A DNA stretch of 64,000 nucleotides from Dicyema japonicum (GCA_011109175.1 RDEW01000005.1:541523-605522), one strand, 5' to 3'; positions 13,490 through 25,739 are shown, counted from the stretch's first letter. A program made the numbers and translations. The notes: generated by a model not told the origin, from the sequence alone.

Positions 13490-13765
13490 GTTCAGACACC
13501 TGGAGCAGCTGCTTCGACTGCGGAGAACCTAAAAATCAAGAAATATTCTTGCCTCGGGGATCGCTACCGATTTACTCCTGTTGCGACCGAATCATCGGGA
13601 GCCGTTGGTCCAATGACGGCTGAGTTCTTGCGAGAACTCGGAGGATTGCTTGCCAGAAAAAAAAGGGATCAACGAGAAGGGTTATGGCTAAGACAAAAGA
13701 TTGGAACAACCATACTCAGAGGTAACTCGTTCGCAATCCACGCAGCAGGCTTCCTCAACTGACAA
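13490..13765 (+). mobile_element. CRE-like element 3' end
   Basis: PGAAASTAENLKIKKYSCLGDRYRFTPVATESSGAVG..RQKIGTTILRGNSFAIHAAGFLN*. Same family as 61320-63300. Confidence 0.85.
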
Positions 13766-13899
13766 TTGTTTAATTGTTAAAAAAATTATTCTTTAAAAAA
13801 AATTAATAAAGTTAATGATACACGTTCAAAAAAAATTTATTAATGGAAATAATTTTTTTAAACAATAACAATTTATTGAAGAATGAAACCAAATAGTTA

Positions 13900-14165
13900 A
13901 AGGCTACTGGCTGCTCTCAGCATTGAGAGCGCATTTCCCTTACGATCTGTAAGGGGATGCGCTCAATGAGCAGCCCTTCTCTCTGACATCACTCCTCCTT
14001 TAGCGACAACGATCCAATTTTGTTGAGCAGGGCTAACGACCTGCTTCCTATGACTCCCGAAGTTTCGACTGCGACTGGTTCAAATGTGTACTGCTCGCCG
14101 AGGCATGTGTACTTATTTGCTTTAAGTATTTCTGCTTTCTCTGCAGCTGAGCCTGGATGGAAATA
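13900..14165 (-). mobile_element. CRE-like element 3' end (different family), convergent with 13490-13765
   Basis: HPGSAAEKAEILKANKYTCLGEQYTFEPVAVETSGVIG on the minus strand. Confidence 0.85.
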
Positions 14166-14189
14166 ATTAAGATAATCAATTAACTCAAT

Positions 14190-14495
14190 AATGGCCGCGT
14201 GGTGCCTCGTGGCAATTGGTTGAAGTTTCTGTTTGTTCGTCTGTTCCTTCTCTCTCTTCCTATTAGAGTGGCGTCATGTGATCCACCAGTCTAGGTGGCG
14301 CCCAGTGCCAGGCCGGCACAAAAAGGATCATTTGCTCTTCCACACTCCACTGGAGGGGGTTCCACAACTGCAAGTATTGACGTCTTTTACCCATTATGTT
14401 GATTCCGTATGGACTCTGTTTCAGTGGAAACTGGATAAACTTAATTAGTTGTTTCCTTTAACTGTCTCGGTGTATCCGGGGTTAATAAATAATAT
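14190..14495 (+). mobile_element. LINE 3' end / short non-autonomous piece
   Basis: Ends in ctcggtgtatccggggttaataa. The gtggcgtcatgtgatc segment is homologous to ~2915-3070. Confidence 0.55.
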
Positions 14496-14679
14496 GTCGC
14501 GAGCGCTGAGCGTGATGACAGGTGCCAACATCTGTCATGTTAATTAAAATTAATAAATACTTAAGTTTTGGAATAATTCGTACATTTTTATATAAAATCA
14601 TTATTTTACTAATAGAGATTAATCTAACTCGTAGCGTGGCGTTATGTGGTCCACCAATTCAACTTCAAAAGGTCAACCC

Positions 14680-16740
14680 AACAGGCCGACACGAGAGGGA
14701 AGCTATTGTTATTGAAATCGGACTCCCTAACGATACTGAACGATCCAGCGAAAAATACAAGGACCCCACTAGAGAGACGGATCGGCTTACCTCACCGGAT
14801 GTAACATTCTGCTCATTGTCGCTTTCATCAAAAATTGATTGGTCAGTCCTCTACGAAACAAGAAGCGACCATAATCCAATTGTGATGAAGGTCATGAGAG
14901 AAGTCAGAGTGAGGAGAACACCTGCTAGTTAAAACTACAAAACTACTAATTGGGAATTGTATCGCGCAATCTCTGATGATAGACTGAAGAATTGTTACTT
15001 TGTCAGCTTCAAATCGCTAGAAAAAGTGATCAAATACTTTACTTGCACAATCCTAGAAGCAAGATCATTGGCAATTCCCAAGCATCGTCTAAACTCCTCT
15101 AATGGTGGAGGGAAGTCGGCATTGATCAAAGAAAGAAATCACCTCAAAAAATCTAATTGGATCACATTAAAAACGAAACTCCGGATCAGAGCTCTAAACA
15201 ACGAAATAAAGGCCAGAGAGTTCAAGGCCCTGAAATTGAAGTGGAATCGGATTCTTACAAAGGTAAATCGCAACCGTAGTACCGGAGAAGTGTGGAAAGC
15301 CATCCGAAATGTTGCAAAGGGAGAAGAAACTTCCCCCGAGGATGACTATACTCAACGAGACGTTAACAATTTGATAAAATTCTACACAAAAATTTCGTAC
15401 AAGAACACAGGAAGTCGGAAGTGCTTCTCTCTTCATGGAGAAAACTGAAGAAGGATTCTAACCCAGTTTACTTCTCGGATGAAGACGTGAAGAATGCGCT
15501 GCGTTTTACAAGAACAACGTACTCTGCCGGTCCCGACAACATTCCAGTAGTGTTATTGAAGAACCTTGGAGATATTGGAGTCGGTTTTCTAACGTCGGTG
15601 TATAACTATTCAATTAATTGTAATGTAATACCGTTGTTATGGAAGCAAGCCAACATCCGACCTATACTGAAACCTGGAAAACCTAAGGAAGGTCCGGCAT
15701 CATTTAGACCTGTGTCATTGTTATGTTCCGTATCGAAAATCCTGGAGAGATTTGTGCTTGGGAAAATCAAGGCTTTCTTACCAGAAAAGAATTTTCAACG
15801 TGGATTCAAGAGCGATTGATCTAAATTAACGTACCTACAGAAATTAACCAACTTCATTAAAGAAAAATTTTCAAACAAACCAAGGCATTTGAAAAAGTCT
15901 TATGTTCCATTGATATTAACAATGCCTTTGATTCTATTTCGAGAAAAATATTATCAAAGAAAATTTTCCAGTCCGAGATCCCGGGGAAGCTTAAACATTG
16001 GATAACAAATTTCTTAAGTGGATGAAGGGGACGTGTATGCCTCGGAGGACTGAAATCAATCTCACGTCTTCTCCCAAACGGTGTCCCCCAAGGATCTCCT
16101 TTATCCTCCGCCTTATTCAATTTATACCTGGCAGACCTCCCGACACCGGAATCCAATAACGATGTTCTACTCACATGTGCGGACGACATTGTTTTGGCCT
16201 CTCATGATCGGGATATCCAAAATGCTACAGAAAGATTACAAATTAACCTGGACCGACTCAACGACTAGGTAATGAAGAACCGACTAACGATAAATTTCAG
16301 AAAGTCGGTCACGTCTATGTTTACTTCGGACAAAAGGCTGGGGAAGATGACTGTCAAGTTAAAATTGGACAACGTTGAAATCCCCTTCACCAAATGTCAG
16401 AAGATCCTGGGCGTGACACTGAATACACACCTATGTTTGTCACCACACGTGGCAAACATTGTCCTGAAGTGCGAGAAGAGGATCAATGTATTAAAATGTT
16501 TATCTGGAATATGGAAGACTGGTACCCACCCGGTCTTGATGAACATTTACAAGCAATACATCGAACCATGCTTCTCGTACGCGTGTGCTTCGTGGGGACC
16601 TTCATTATCATGGACGACACTAAGAAGATTGAGGACGTTCAAAAGAAGGCTTTCAGAATGACGGAGCGGTGGTCTTTTGGCGGAGCGCATCGGGATCAGG
16701 TGATAGTTAGTTTTGGTTTTACCGTGGTCTTGGGTGTAAA
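14680..16740 (+). mobile_element. I/Jockey-like LINE (APE + RT), frameshifted; 'LINE-A' family
   Basis: APE C-terminus TRSDHNPI. RT motifs SAGPDNIP, KPGKPKEGPASFRPVSLL, GVPQGSPLS and QKILGVTLNTHL. Confidence 0.9.
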
Positions 16741-16809
16741 ATAAATAATCTTAGGTAATAATTATTATGAGTAAAAGTATTTTATAAAAGATTTACACCA
16801 ATTTTTGCT

Positions 16810-17000
16810 GGCATACCATAATTTTTGACAATAAAATTAAAAAGCTAACCCACATCAAGTTGTCCTGATGCCTAGTAAAGTTACCATAAAAACTACTGAA
16901 GAGTACAACATTATAAAATGCATGCTGGAAGGACAAGACCTGAATCTATCAGCAACTCGGATGTGTAGAAAAGCTTTTTATAATTTAATTAAAATTTTAG
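16810..17000 (+). mobile_element. N-terminal stub of an integrase-type DNA transposon (tentative)
   Basis: MPSKVTIKTTEEYNIIKCMLEG..RKAFY resembles the N-terminus seen at 27540-27720. Both lie just downstream of ggcatacca. Confidence 0.35.
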
Positions 17001-17038
17001 GAGGAATAAGCAGGAATTTAATATTATCGTCGTATACT

Positions 17039-17150
17039 CGCATGTTCCGGAATTTGCTCCTTAACAGGTATGGGGTCGTATGTACGCATGTTCCGGAATT
17101 TGCTCCTTAACAGGTATGGGGTCGTATGTACGCACGTTCCGGAATTTGCT
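17039..17150. repeat. 46-bp tandem repeat x 2.4
   Basis: cgcatgttccggaatttgctccttaacaggtatggggtcgtatgta at 17039 and 17085, with a partial copy at 17131. Confidence 0.95.
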
Positions 17151-19699
17151 TCCATATTCCCCGTATACCTAACATGAAGTGTGGAAAAATATTTATTATA
17201 TGTTATTTATAGGCGAGTTGTCTTTGACCGATTCCAAAGAGTATCATGGTATTCCTGGATTTAACACTGTTGTGGAATCAGATGTTCAGGAATATCCAAA
17301 AAGTTTTAATATGGATGAATTGGAAGTTGTAGAAAATCCCGACATTTATAATAAATATCATGTTATGGACGTAATCGCCCAGTGTTGTGCCGTGGATGCA
17401 CACACCTTGCAAGATAGTATCGTTGTTCTGTAACATTCGTATATAAGAACGAGGGTAAAGTTTAATCCTATGAACGTCTTTTGACCAGGTAGAACGCTCA
17501 TAACCGCGGCCTGTCAACTTGACGCCATCGACAGAAATCCACTGCTTTTCCCTGGTGATCTTATTTTAATGATACGGTCGGTCCCCAATGTCGTCGACTG
17601 TGTAACAATCTTTTGTGCGGTGTAACGTTTGACCGTGCCTGGCCTAGAATGACGCGATGGCTCTTTCAGAACATTGGGCTATCGATATTGGGGGATGACT
17701 CCTATTGTGTGTTCAATGCTTCCAACCCATAATGTAGATTTTGACATAACAACCAACCATATTTTTATTTTAATAAATTTTACAAAATAAAGAAGAAAAT
17801 AATAAAATATTAACATTAAGTATGTCGTCATTGGACAAAATCATCTCCTTACATGAGAAGACTTTACGCCTTTTACCGAGTCAAACGGATCCTACACTAC
17901 TCTACCGAAGAGACCTCAATACTAAGCGGATTCTTCCGATTCTACCAAGGACAAGGAAATCCACTATGTTCATCCGTGTCACGATCAGAAAATGGGTGAT
18001 CCTCCCTCAGAAATCCGTCTCCATCGATTTCCTGTATAGGCACGAGCGCAGACACTTCCGTTATATAGTAGGTCCATAGATGAGTACAATATTTAAATAG
18101 AAAGGGTGATAAAGGGAACCAGATCATCTAATTAGTTCAGTCACTGCTTCTCCCTCTCGATGTTTCATTGAGTTGTATGAATAAAACAACTCCCAAATGG
18201 TCAAGTTCATAAGTTACCGGTCCTATATTGATGGAGTAGGTGATATTAATATCTCCAATAATGGAACACGCTGACTGTCCAGGATGCACAGAGATCTTCG
18301 GGATTGATTATTTCCTAAAAATTCATTTCCAAGTTCATGAAAAATTTGAAATTTAAGATTAGTAATAGTCAACTGTCTCGGAAACTTGAATACAAGATCA
18401 TATGTGAGAGCTAATTAATCTGAAGTGTCCTTAATTTTTTAATAGATATTTTAAGTGCCATTAAATGTCCATATCAATTCAAATACGTGACATTTAGTCA
18501 GTAAAATCACGTGCCAATTGTAATGTGAATCTTTTTCTATTAATTCTTTTACGCCTCAGAGAATTTTTGACAGAAAGCCTTAGTAATTTCTCAAGTAGAG
18601 GAAATTGCCTCAGACAAACTTTTATTGATTTGTCTGGGGTAACCAATTAATTATTTAATGAGAAAAATGAATATTGTATAACAAAATAAACTTTTATTGC
18701 TAATAAATATCAATAAATTTATTTTTAAAATAAATGCCCTAATAAATGTTTCTTGATAAAACTATAAGCACAAACGACGAAAGTTGAGGCACTGAATATC
18801 ACGACTACTGCAGAGAGGACCACATTTCTTTTGATTTGGAGGAGCTTTTCTATCTGATATCGATACTGCTATGCCTAATTACAAAAACTGACCTTGTCAC
18901 GTGTTGTGTAGTGGATAATCTTTTTCATTATGACCTTCAATCTCAGAAGGAAGTAGTCTGTGATGGAGAGAGAACGGTCTAATCTTGAGGTTATAAAGAC
19001 ATAATACTCCAACTCGATGACGTCAGCAATTTGACACAAAAGGAGGGAAATTTCCTCAACTCTAAAATAACATTAATTAAGTAAAATCGTTGAAATAACA
19101 AAACAAACTTTAATCGGTCTCTTTCTGATAAATCTGAAGATTTCATCCCCATAATATTCTATCCGGGCGTAATTTTACTATATATGAATGATTTTGTCGA
19201 GTGTATTGATTTTTTCGTAAAAACTCTGAAATTAAGTGATTTCAATTAGATAATTAGCTCACTTTAAAAAATTAAAATTTTCTACTGAGTGACTCGCCTT
19301 TGAAGTTGTTTGATGAGCAATTAAATAATTATTATAACATGTGTTTGGAAATTATAGCCCATTAAAGTCAAAATTATATGTTTGATCAAAATCATAAAAA
19401 TAAATTAAATTCTGTTTTCAAGTTCTTTATTTAAATTTGACTTTCCCCCTAACTGAGCAGATTTAGAAACCAGCTGCAGTCCGACTCAGAAATGTGGCAA
19501 AATTTTCCCAATTTTGAGGTTTTTTCCAAATATAAGGGTCTTCTTAAAAGCTAAATAAAAAACTTGAAAAATTTACTTTTATAATAAAATTATAATGTGT
19601 AATAAAATCTAGAATAATTATTAGATTTTTTGATAAATTCATGTGAGTTTGTTTTTTTTGTAGTGAATGCACAATATGACTAAGAACAGAAAATCCTAA

Positions 19700-19770
19700 C
19701 TCTTTCTCTTGTATTTTTTGCTGCACATGGGGCTATAAAAATTATGGCTCTCGTGAAAGTGCTAATAATA
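19700..19770 (+). mobile_element. RTE/SINE 3' terminal stub
   Basis: gcacatggggctataaaaattatggctctcgtgaaagtgctaataataat matches the RTE terminus at 52536-52590. Confidence 0.7.
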
Positions 19771-20099
19771 ATGCACAATATCTGCTTGTGGTTTTACAAA
19801 CATTTTCACGAGTTTCTTGTTTGATTACATTAAAATGTATTATGAAAGCACGTTCTGTATCCTTAATGTGAACGTCTTCTTCATCACTTCTAAGTTGATC
19901 ATTTAATGTCTCTAAAATTTCATTTTTCAATTATTTTCTGATTAATCAGGCTGTTTTCGTTATCAAATGAACTTCCAAGGAATTTTCAAAGCAAATTGGT
20001 GATTTAATTTTACAAACAATAAGTTTAATGTTGGTCGGGAAACCTTTGAATCTCAGAGAATAAAAAACTTCATAAACTTCCGTATTTAATTGGTGCCAG

Positions 20100-20510
20100 T
20101 TTACTCAATTTAACGTAGAGAGACTTCAAGTTGGATTTCTTCACTTTCGAGTTGCTTTAGAGATACCATATTTCTCACAAATAAATGCATATAGATCTGA
20201 CTGTGTTTCCCTGATTATGAGTTATTAAGAGTCCTGGAGGATCACGAAGGAGATAAGTATCTTGATGTTACCGAAACTATCCCTTGGACTAAGCGACAAA
20301 GGCATTCCTAGAAGGGAATTGTTGTTATGTAAGACTTCTCTAAATTTGTTTATAGCATTAAATGACTATGCTATTCTACAGCATAGGTGTGGAGCCCAAA
20401 GACTATGATTAGATTGATGTTGTGATCCCTGGAGTACTCTGAGAAAACCATATCCAGGCAGCTAATAAGGAGAGACTATATTTACATTGTGAGAATTCCA
20501 CAAATTGAAG
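20100..20510 (+). mobile_element. Highly degenerate R4-like RT fragment
   Basis: KYLDVTE and HIQAANKERLYL match YRYLGVLE and HIHLQPANKERLYL of 34783-37179. Confidence 0.55.
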
Positions 20511-20944
20511 TTTTCTATCTCCATTTGGGGGTTTTACTAAAAAAATTCATTATTACAATTAAAATGATAAAATTTCCCCAACATCTAGGTTTTCTCCGCA
20601 GTTTGGGCTTTCCAAAACCAGTTACTCTTTTTAAAGCGCAAAATTATTGCTAAAAAGACTCTTACCACATGGGCACCTATTTCTTATAATTAGAACCTGT
20701 CATTCACGTGGAGTACTTATCTTATAATCTGAACTTGTCTTACCACGTGTAGAGTTGAGTAAACACTTTGTTATCAGCAAAATCTAAAAATATAATGAGA
20801 CTGAAAACATTTACGTTAATCGATAATTAATTTAATGTGTCTAGACATCGATTTTATTATTTTTTAAGAAATACAGTAAAACTAATTTTAGTTATCAATC
20901 AGCGATTCCCTTTGCTCCGAGTAATTAACTTATTAGTTCTTATT

Positions 20945-21290
20945 ATTTATTACCCCCGGTCCTTCAAGTGAAAAAAACCGGTTGCTAACAAAAACATTAC
21001 AGCCAAGAGCAGTGCTCCCAGAGCTTCAACAAGTATATTTGGTTATGTAGAAAACTATAAGGTGGACCTGGACAAAAGAAGATTGACCTTTCTCCTCGTC
21101 GTCAAAAAAGCACGATGAACATAGTGAAGAGTACGATTGTCAAATCCTGTACAGATATATAAATTCAAGTGATGACCACAACGTAAACGCGCCTACTGGA
21201 CACGAACTTTTCTCGATAAGGAAGCTATTAGTTCTTAATCCGTCCACGTTAAAGAACAAGGGGAGAGGATTGATCTAATCTAGTGGTTCT
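20945..21290 (-). mobile_element. LINE 3' end
   Basis: ARLRCGHH on the minus strand, ending in ccgggggtaataa. Confidence 0.6.
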
Positions 21291-21314
21291 CAACCCATCG
21301 GGTCGCATTTATTT

Positions 21315-22990
21315 TATTAACCCCGAAATCAAGAGAATAAAAGTTATCGTCTAATTAAGTGATCCCGGTGTTCATACCAGTCTTTTCCTGCGGTTAGTTT
21401 TGGAGTCCTGAATTAATTTCCACAACGGGGAAGGTTTCTTCTCATATCTCGGGAAGGCGTCTATATATAGTTTGATGTCCGGCCCGAAGGGATGGTTAGG
21501 GGACTTTGCCATCTTGAGGAAGTCCCGGTTGACGTTCCGTAAAGTATTCCATGATTGGGGAACGTTTAGTGTTCTCCGTAGTAACGAGGTGGACGTCTTT
21601 TTCCACGATCTCAATAGTATTCTGAGAAATCGATTTTGTAAAACTTCCAGCTTGCTTTGTGCACGGTTACACCAGAGACCACGGTTACACAAACTAACTA
21701 ATCACGTGATCCCAGCACGCTCTAGCAGAGACCTCATCTTGGCCTGATGCTCCTCTCTCAACCCCACACAAGCACGTATCGGTCGAGTGACTGGACCTTC
21801 CCAGTCATGACGGCGCATTCATGGTTCATTCGTATCAAGGCTTCAATTGGCAATGGTGGCTGGAACTCTCCAGAAATCCAGCATTCCGTGATTTTGGAGG
21901 ACTTTTCCGACTAGCCTCGATCTTAAAGACATTCGTCCAAAAGATGAATGGGCCCCATGTACCACATGCATATGAGATGCATGGTCCAATAAATTGTTTA
22001 TATGCTCAAAACAGAATGCTTTTGGATCGTCCATAAGCCTGTGAGGTATTTCAGAACATTAGTTTTCTTTTCGCATTTCGTAATTACGTTTTCAACATGG
22101 GGGAGAATGACATATGCACGTCAAAAGTCACCAAAAGGATCTTTTGGGATTTTCTGAAAGGAATAGCTTCATTGTTTGCCTTCAGTTCGACTGTCCGTCT
22201 TCCCAGTCTCTTTTCTGAAGTGAATAGGGTTGTGACAGATTTTCTCTGCTGGCAGTTAGGCGATTTTTCGATATCCATTCGTCAAGACGGTCCAGGTTTT
22301 TTTTGCAATTTCGAAGTGGCAATTTCGATGTCCTGATCGCGTGACACAATGACGATGTCGTCGACGAAAGTTAGAATAATATTAATTTCGAAGTCTGGAG
22401 TGGGGAGGTCTGCCATGAATAGGTTGAATAAAACTGGAGACAAAGGGGATCCTTGGGGAACCCCATTATGGAAAAGCCGTGAAATAGACCTTGACTGACC
22501 AATGCAGACGCGTCCCCTCCGACTACTAAGAAAGTTAGCTAGAGTTTGAGCTTTCCAGGAATCTTTGGTAAAATTTCCAATTAAGAATCCTCCTTGACAC
22601 AGAGTCAAAAGCTTTGTGGACGTCTATAGAGCAAAGTAACATGCTTCCATCTTGATATTTGTGCTTTCACCTCCCTGTTTTTTAGTTTATTGTTCAAAGC
22701 CTTCAGTCTAAACTTATCCTCATTAGTTAATCGGCCAGACTTTTTGAGTTCGTTTCTTTCCTTGGTTAATGCCGACCTGCCATATCCCCTGGTGTAGTTA
22801 AGGTGGTGTTTAGGTACAGTGATCTCGCATCCAAGATAGTGCGGTTTACATAAGCGACTACTTTGTCCATGGAAGTAATGCCATTCAGGTACTGCAGTAG
22901 GTTGTCAGTAAGTGTACGATAAAGTCTCCAATCTGCGCGTTTGTAGTTGAATTGTTCTGGGGACCTCCTCCTAGTTGACGTTTCTATCTT
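21315..22990 (-). mobile_element. LINE-A family copy, degenerate
   Basis: GVPQGSPLSPVLFNLFMADLP, FVDDIVIVS and a C-terminal ORF 21372-21692. The linker matches 14950-15250. Confidence 0.85.
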
Positions 22991-23044
22991 GATTTTTAAA
23001 AGACTTTATAAAACTATTACATATTTTAACTTATGTTTTATATT

Positions 23045-23540
23045 AAATATTTTTTGCAGACTGAGCCAGATAACATAAGCCCTGAGCTTTTAAGATATGG
23101 GTCAAAAAAACTTAGCGAAACAATTGCAAAAACCTAAATGACATCTTTGAAAACCAATAACCGATCTAGGACTTTGGAAATGGATTATTAATAACCATAC
23201 AAAAATAGAACAAAGCAAAAGGACAAGTAGAAAATCTCAGCCCGATCATACTTATGAACTCGATACGAAAAATGCTGGCAAACATCGCACTAAGAATAAA
23301 GGGTGTGGCGATCTATACCATCCAGCAAGTCAAAGTGGGTTCCGAGAAGGGAGGTCTACGGCAGACATTGCATGGAGCCATAAATGGCACTGTGCAAGGC
23401 GTCTATTTTGATCAACGTACGCTTTTGAAGCTCTGTAAGCAGAATCATACAGATAAAACCAAATTTCGGAACCAATTAACTGATGAACATCTTATGTAAC
23501 TCTTACGTACGTCGTCATCAAAACGGAGTCCCTGTTTGAG
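23045..23540 (+). mobile_element. RTE RT fragment
   Basis: Close DNA match to ~53700-54000 (PELLKYG..NSIRK.LANIAL). Confidence 0.8.
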
Positions 23541-24230
23541 AACCACTGATCTAATCCATTGGATATGTTCCTTTTAATTAATAATTTTGTCAGTTATTAA
23601 AAACTTGAAATTGAACTTTTTAAAAAGGTATCATCTAGAACTCATATTTGTTCACGTGGGAGAACCTTTCCGTGTGTCGAGTCTTTCCAGATTATGTCTT
23701 TCTGCTGTTGAGGGTCTGCATTGCGCATTTCCTGACTACTCCGGCCGTTTAAATTTGATTGATCTTATTTTTATAATAGAATTTAGCTAATTTTTGTTTT
23801 TACTTGGAAAAGCCTGTGTCTCATTATATCACGCTTATCAAGATCCTAACTGAATAGGAAGAGCCTCACTCAAGGAAGCGAATATCCAAACTTGAGAATT
23901 TTGGTCTGAACAGTAGTCGTCAACATTGAACGCTATCCATTTCGTCATTAACAAAATGATCCTTTACCGTCAGGTAGTCTTAATCTAAGCACGTGGCAGA
24001 AAATTTCAAATGTCTTCCATCACCTTAGACTAAGTAATTTCCTAAATAAGGAAAGATGTGAAATCCTTGAAACCGGTCAATCCAATTTTGTAACAATTTA
24101 AAATTAAACAACGTAAACTTTTTAATGTGACAATTAAAAATCGTGATTAATTGTTAAAGTACTCGAATCAATGGAACCTCAAACAAGTAAAAATAAATAA
24201 GCCCACAAATGGCCGTTACCAAGGACTTTT

Positions 24231-25376
24231 ATGATTTTTAAAGAACTATACGCTGATTTTACCAATGTTGGCCAAAAAGAAACTGTCGGAAAAAAGGTCA
24301 GTTAAATTTCTGGTGGAGACTTCGCTTTGCAACAGCAAACATTCGTCGGCAGAGACACACGTGGCTCCAAAAGCAGGGGTTTTCGACGAAATCCTCAATT
24401 CCACGGGATACGAGCAAGTCAAAAAATTTAAAATTTACAAACGAAAGAAATTGGAGTTGCTAAAGGCTCGTCAAAAATATCTACGAGAATGGCAGCACGT
24501 GCTCATGGGATGTAAACTGACAAAGAGCAGGAGTCAAATGATCCTAATAGTCGACACATTCATGGACAAAAAATCGGTGACAATTACTATTAACTGCAGG
24601 TGGACAAAAGCCTGTGGAAGGACACGAGCGTTGACAAATTCTCTGACTTTTTGAAGAAATACAACATATCGGGGGAAATCGAAGTCATCTCGGAGATGGC
24701 GAAGGTCCACGATATCTTTGAGGCCAAAATAATCCATTTTTTGAAGGAACTGATATTTTTAATTTACGAAATATTCTTGACCATCCGAAACTACTTCTCC
24801 ATGGACGGCTACAAGAACGTGATCAGGAGACTCTTCTTAATACAAAAAAACTTAATCTTCAGAAATAATGAGTTTAAAACTTTGACCAACAAAATCAACG
24901 ACGCCATTGAATTCGTAAAACAGGCAAGCTTCTCTATGGACTCGTACCTAACAAGATTTCAAGAAATTTACAAAAAGCTTGAGAACATAAATTTTTTCTC
25001 CGAAAAATGCTTAAAACAGATTTTTTTGAGTCTCCAAGATACTGACCTTGTTGAGAATTACATCCAAAGAGAACACATGGAAATTCTTCCTGAAATCAAA
25101 CACGTGGATTCCAGAATTTACAGACATTTGAGTGCGAATTTAGTCCATAAGTCACGTGTCCTTTTTTGGTCAAATAAGGCTGTCTTCGAGCACTCCAAAA
25201 ACTCCACTTATCGTCAGAGTAAGGCTTTAGCAGACAAAAGAGACTTTGAATCATCGAAAATTGACGGGATGCTGAGACAGAGAAGTTTTTGTAACAACAT
25301 CACTGCGATTCTCCCCAAACTTTTAAAATTGTCAGCAGAGATGGGCATATCAACAAACTGTTACCAGAAGATGTAG
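24231..25376 (+). CDS. Orphan helical protein, about 350-370 aa, 2-3 exons
   Basis: The 23-nt GT-AG intron 24577-24599 fuses ORFs 24265-24654 and 24600-25376 in frame (MDKKS|VDKSLW). An optional 22-nt intron 24297-24318 links an upstream ATG at 24231. No TE motifs and no recognised domain. Confidence 0.7.
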
Positions 25377-25739
25377 TCAGACAGGAAAAGTTGGTTCAGG
25401 TCCGTTTTCTTATTTATTTTAGGTAAAAAAGAATTTTGTATAAATAAATTAAATAATAAAAATTTAAAAACAAAATTAAACAAAATTATTAATTTTTCAG
25501 GTGAATTAAATATGGCTATCAATTTCTTACACGAAAACTAACTTTGTTACAATAAATGTTTAAACTTTCTAAGATAGCAATTCACTTCCATGATTGAGCC
25601 GTTCCTCTCCTCGGCTATTCCTCTCCTTTTTCTAATCAACGAGCTGATGACACTTAGGATGGGAAGCAATTTTGGTCCTAAAATCTCCGAGTTCACTCAA
25701 AAAATTACAATCTATTCTGATGAGAAAGAATCAAATTCC

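Noticed and set aside
14193-14216. HDV-like ribozyme at ggccgcg-tggtgcct-cgtggc (similar at ~367)
   Set aside because: Only a simple hairpin is visible. The 8-nt loop cannot hold the P2, P3 and P1.1 nested pseudoknot.
17039-17150. CRISPR-like appearance (46-bp repeats with a palindromic core); also considered for 1294-1505
   Set aside because: The units are contiguous with no unique spacers, there are no cas genes, and the context is eukaryotic.
21281-21305. hAT (Charlie-like) terminus tagtggttctcaacc
   Set aside because: No matching opposite end, TSD or hAT transposase was found. It is too short to call as a feature.
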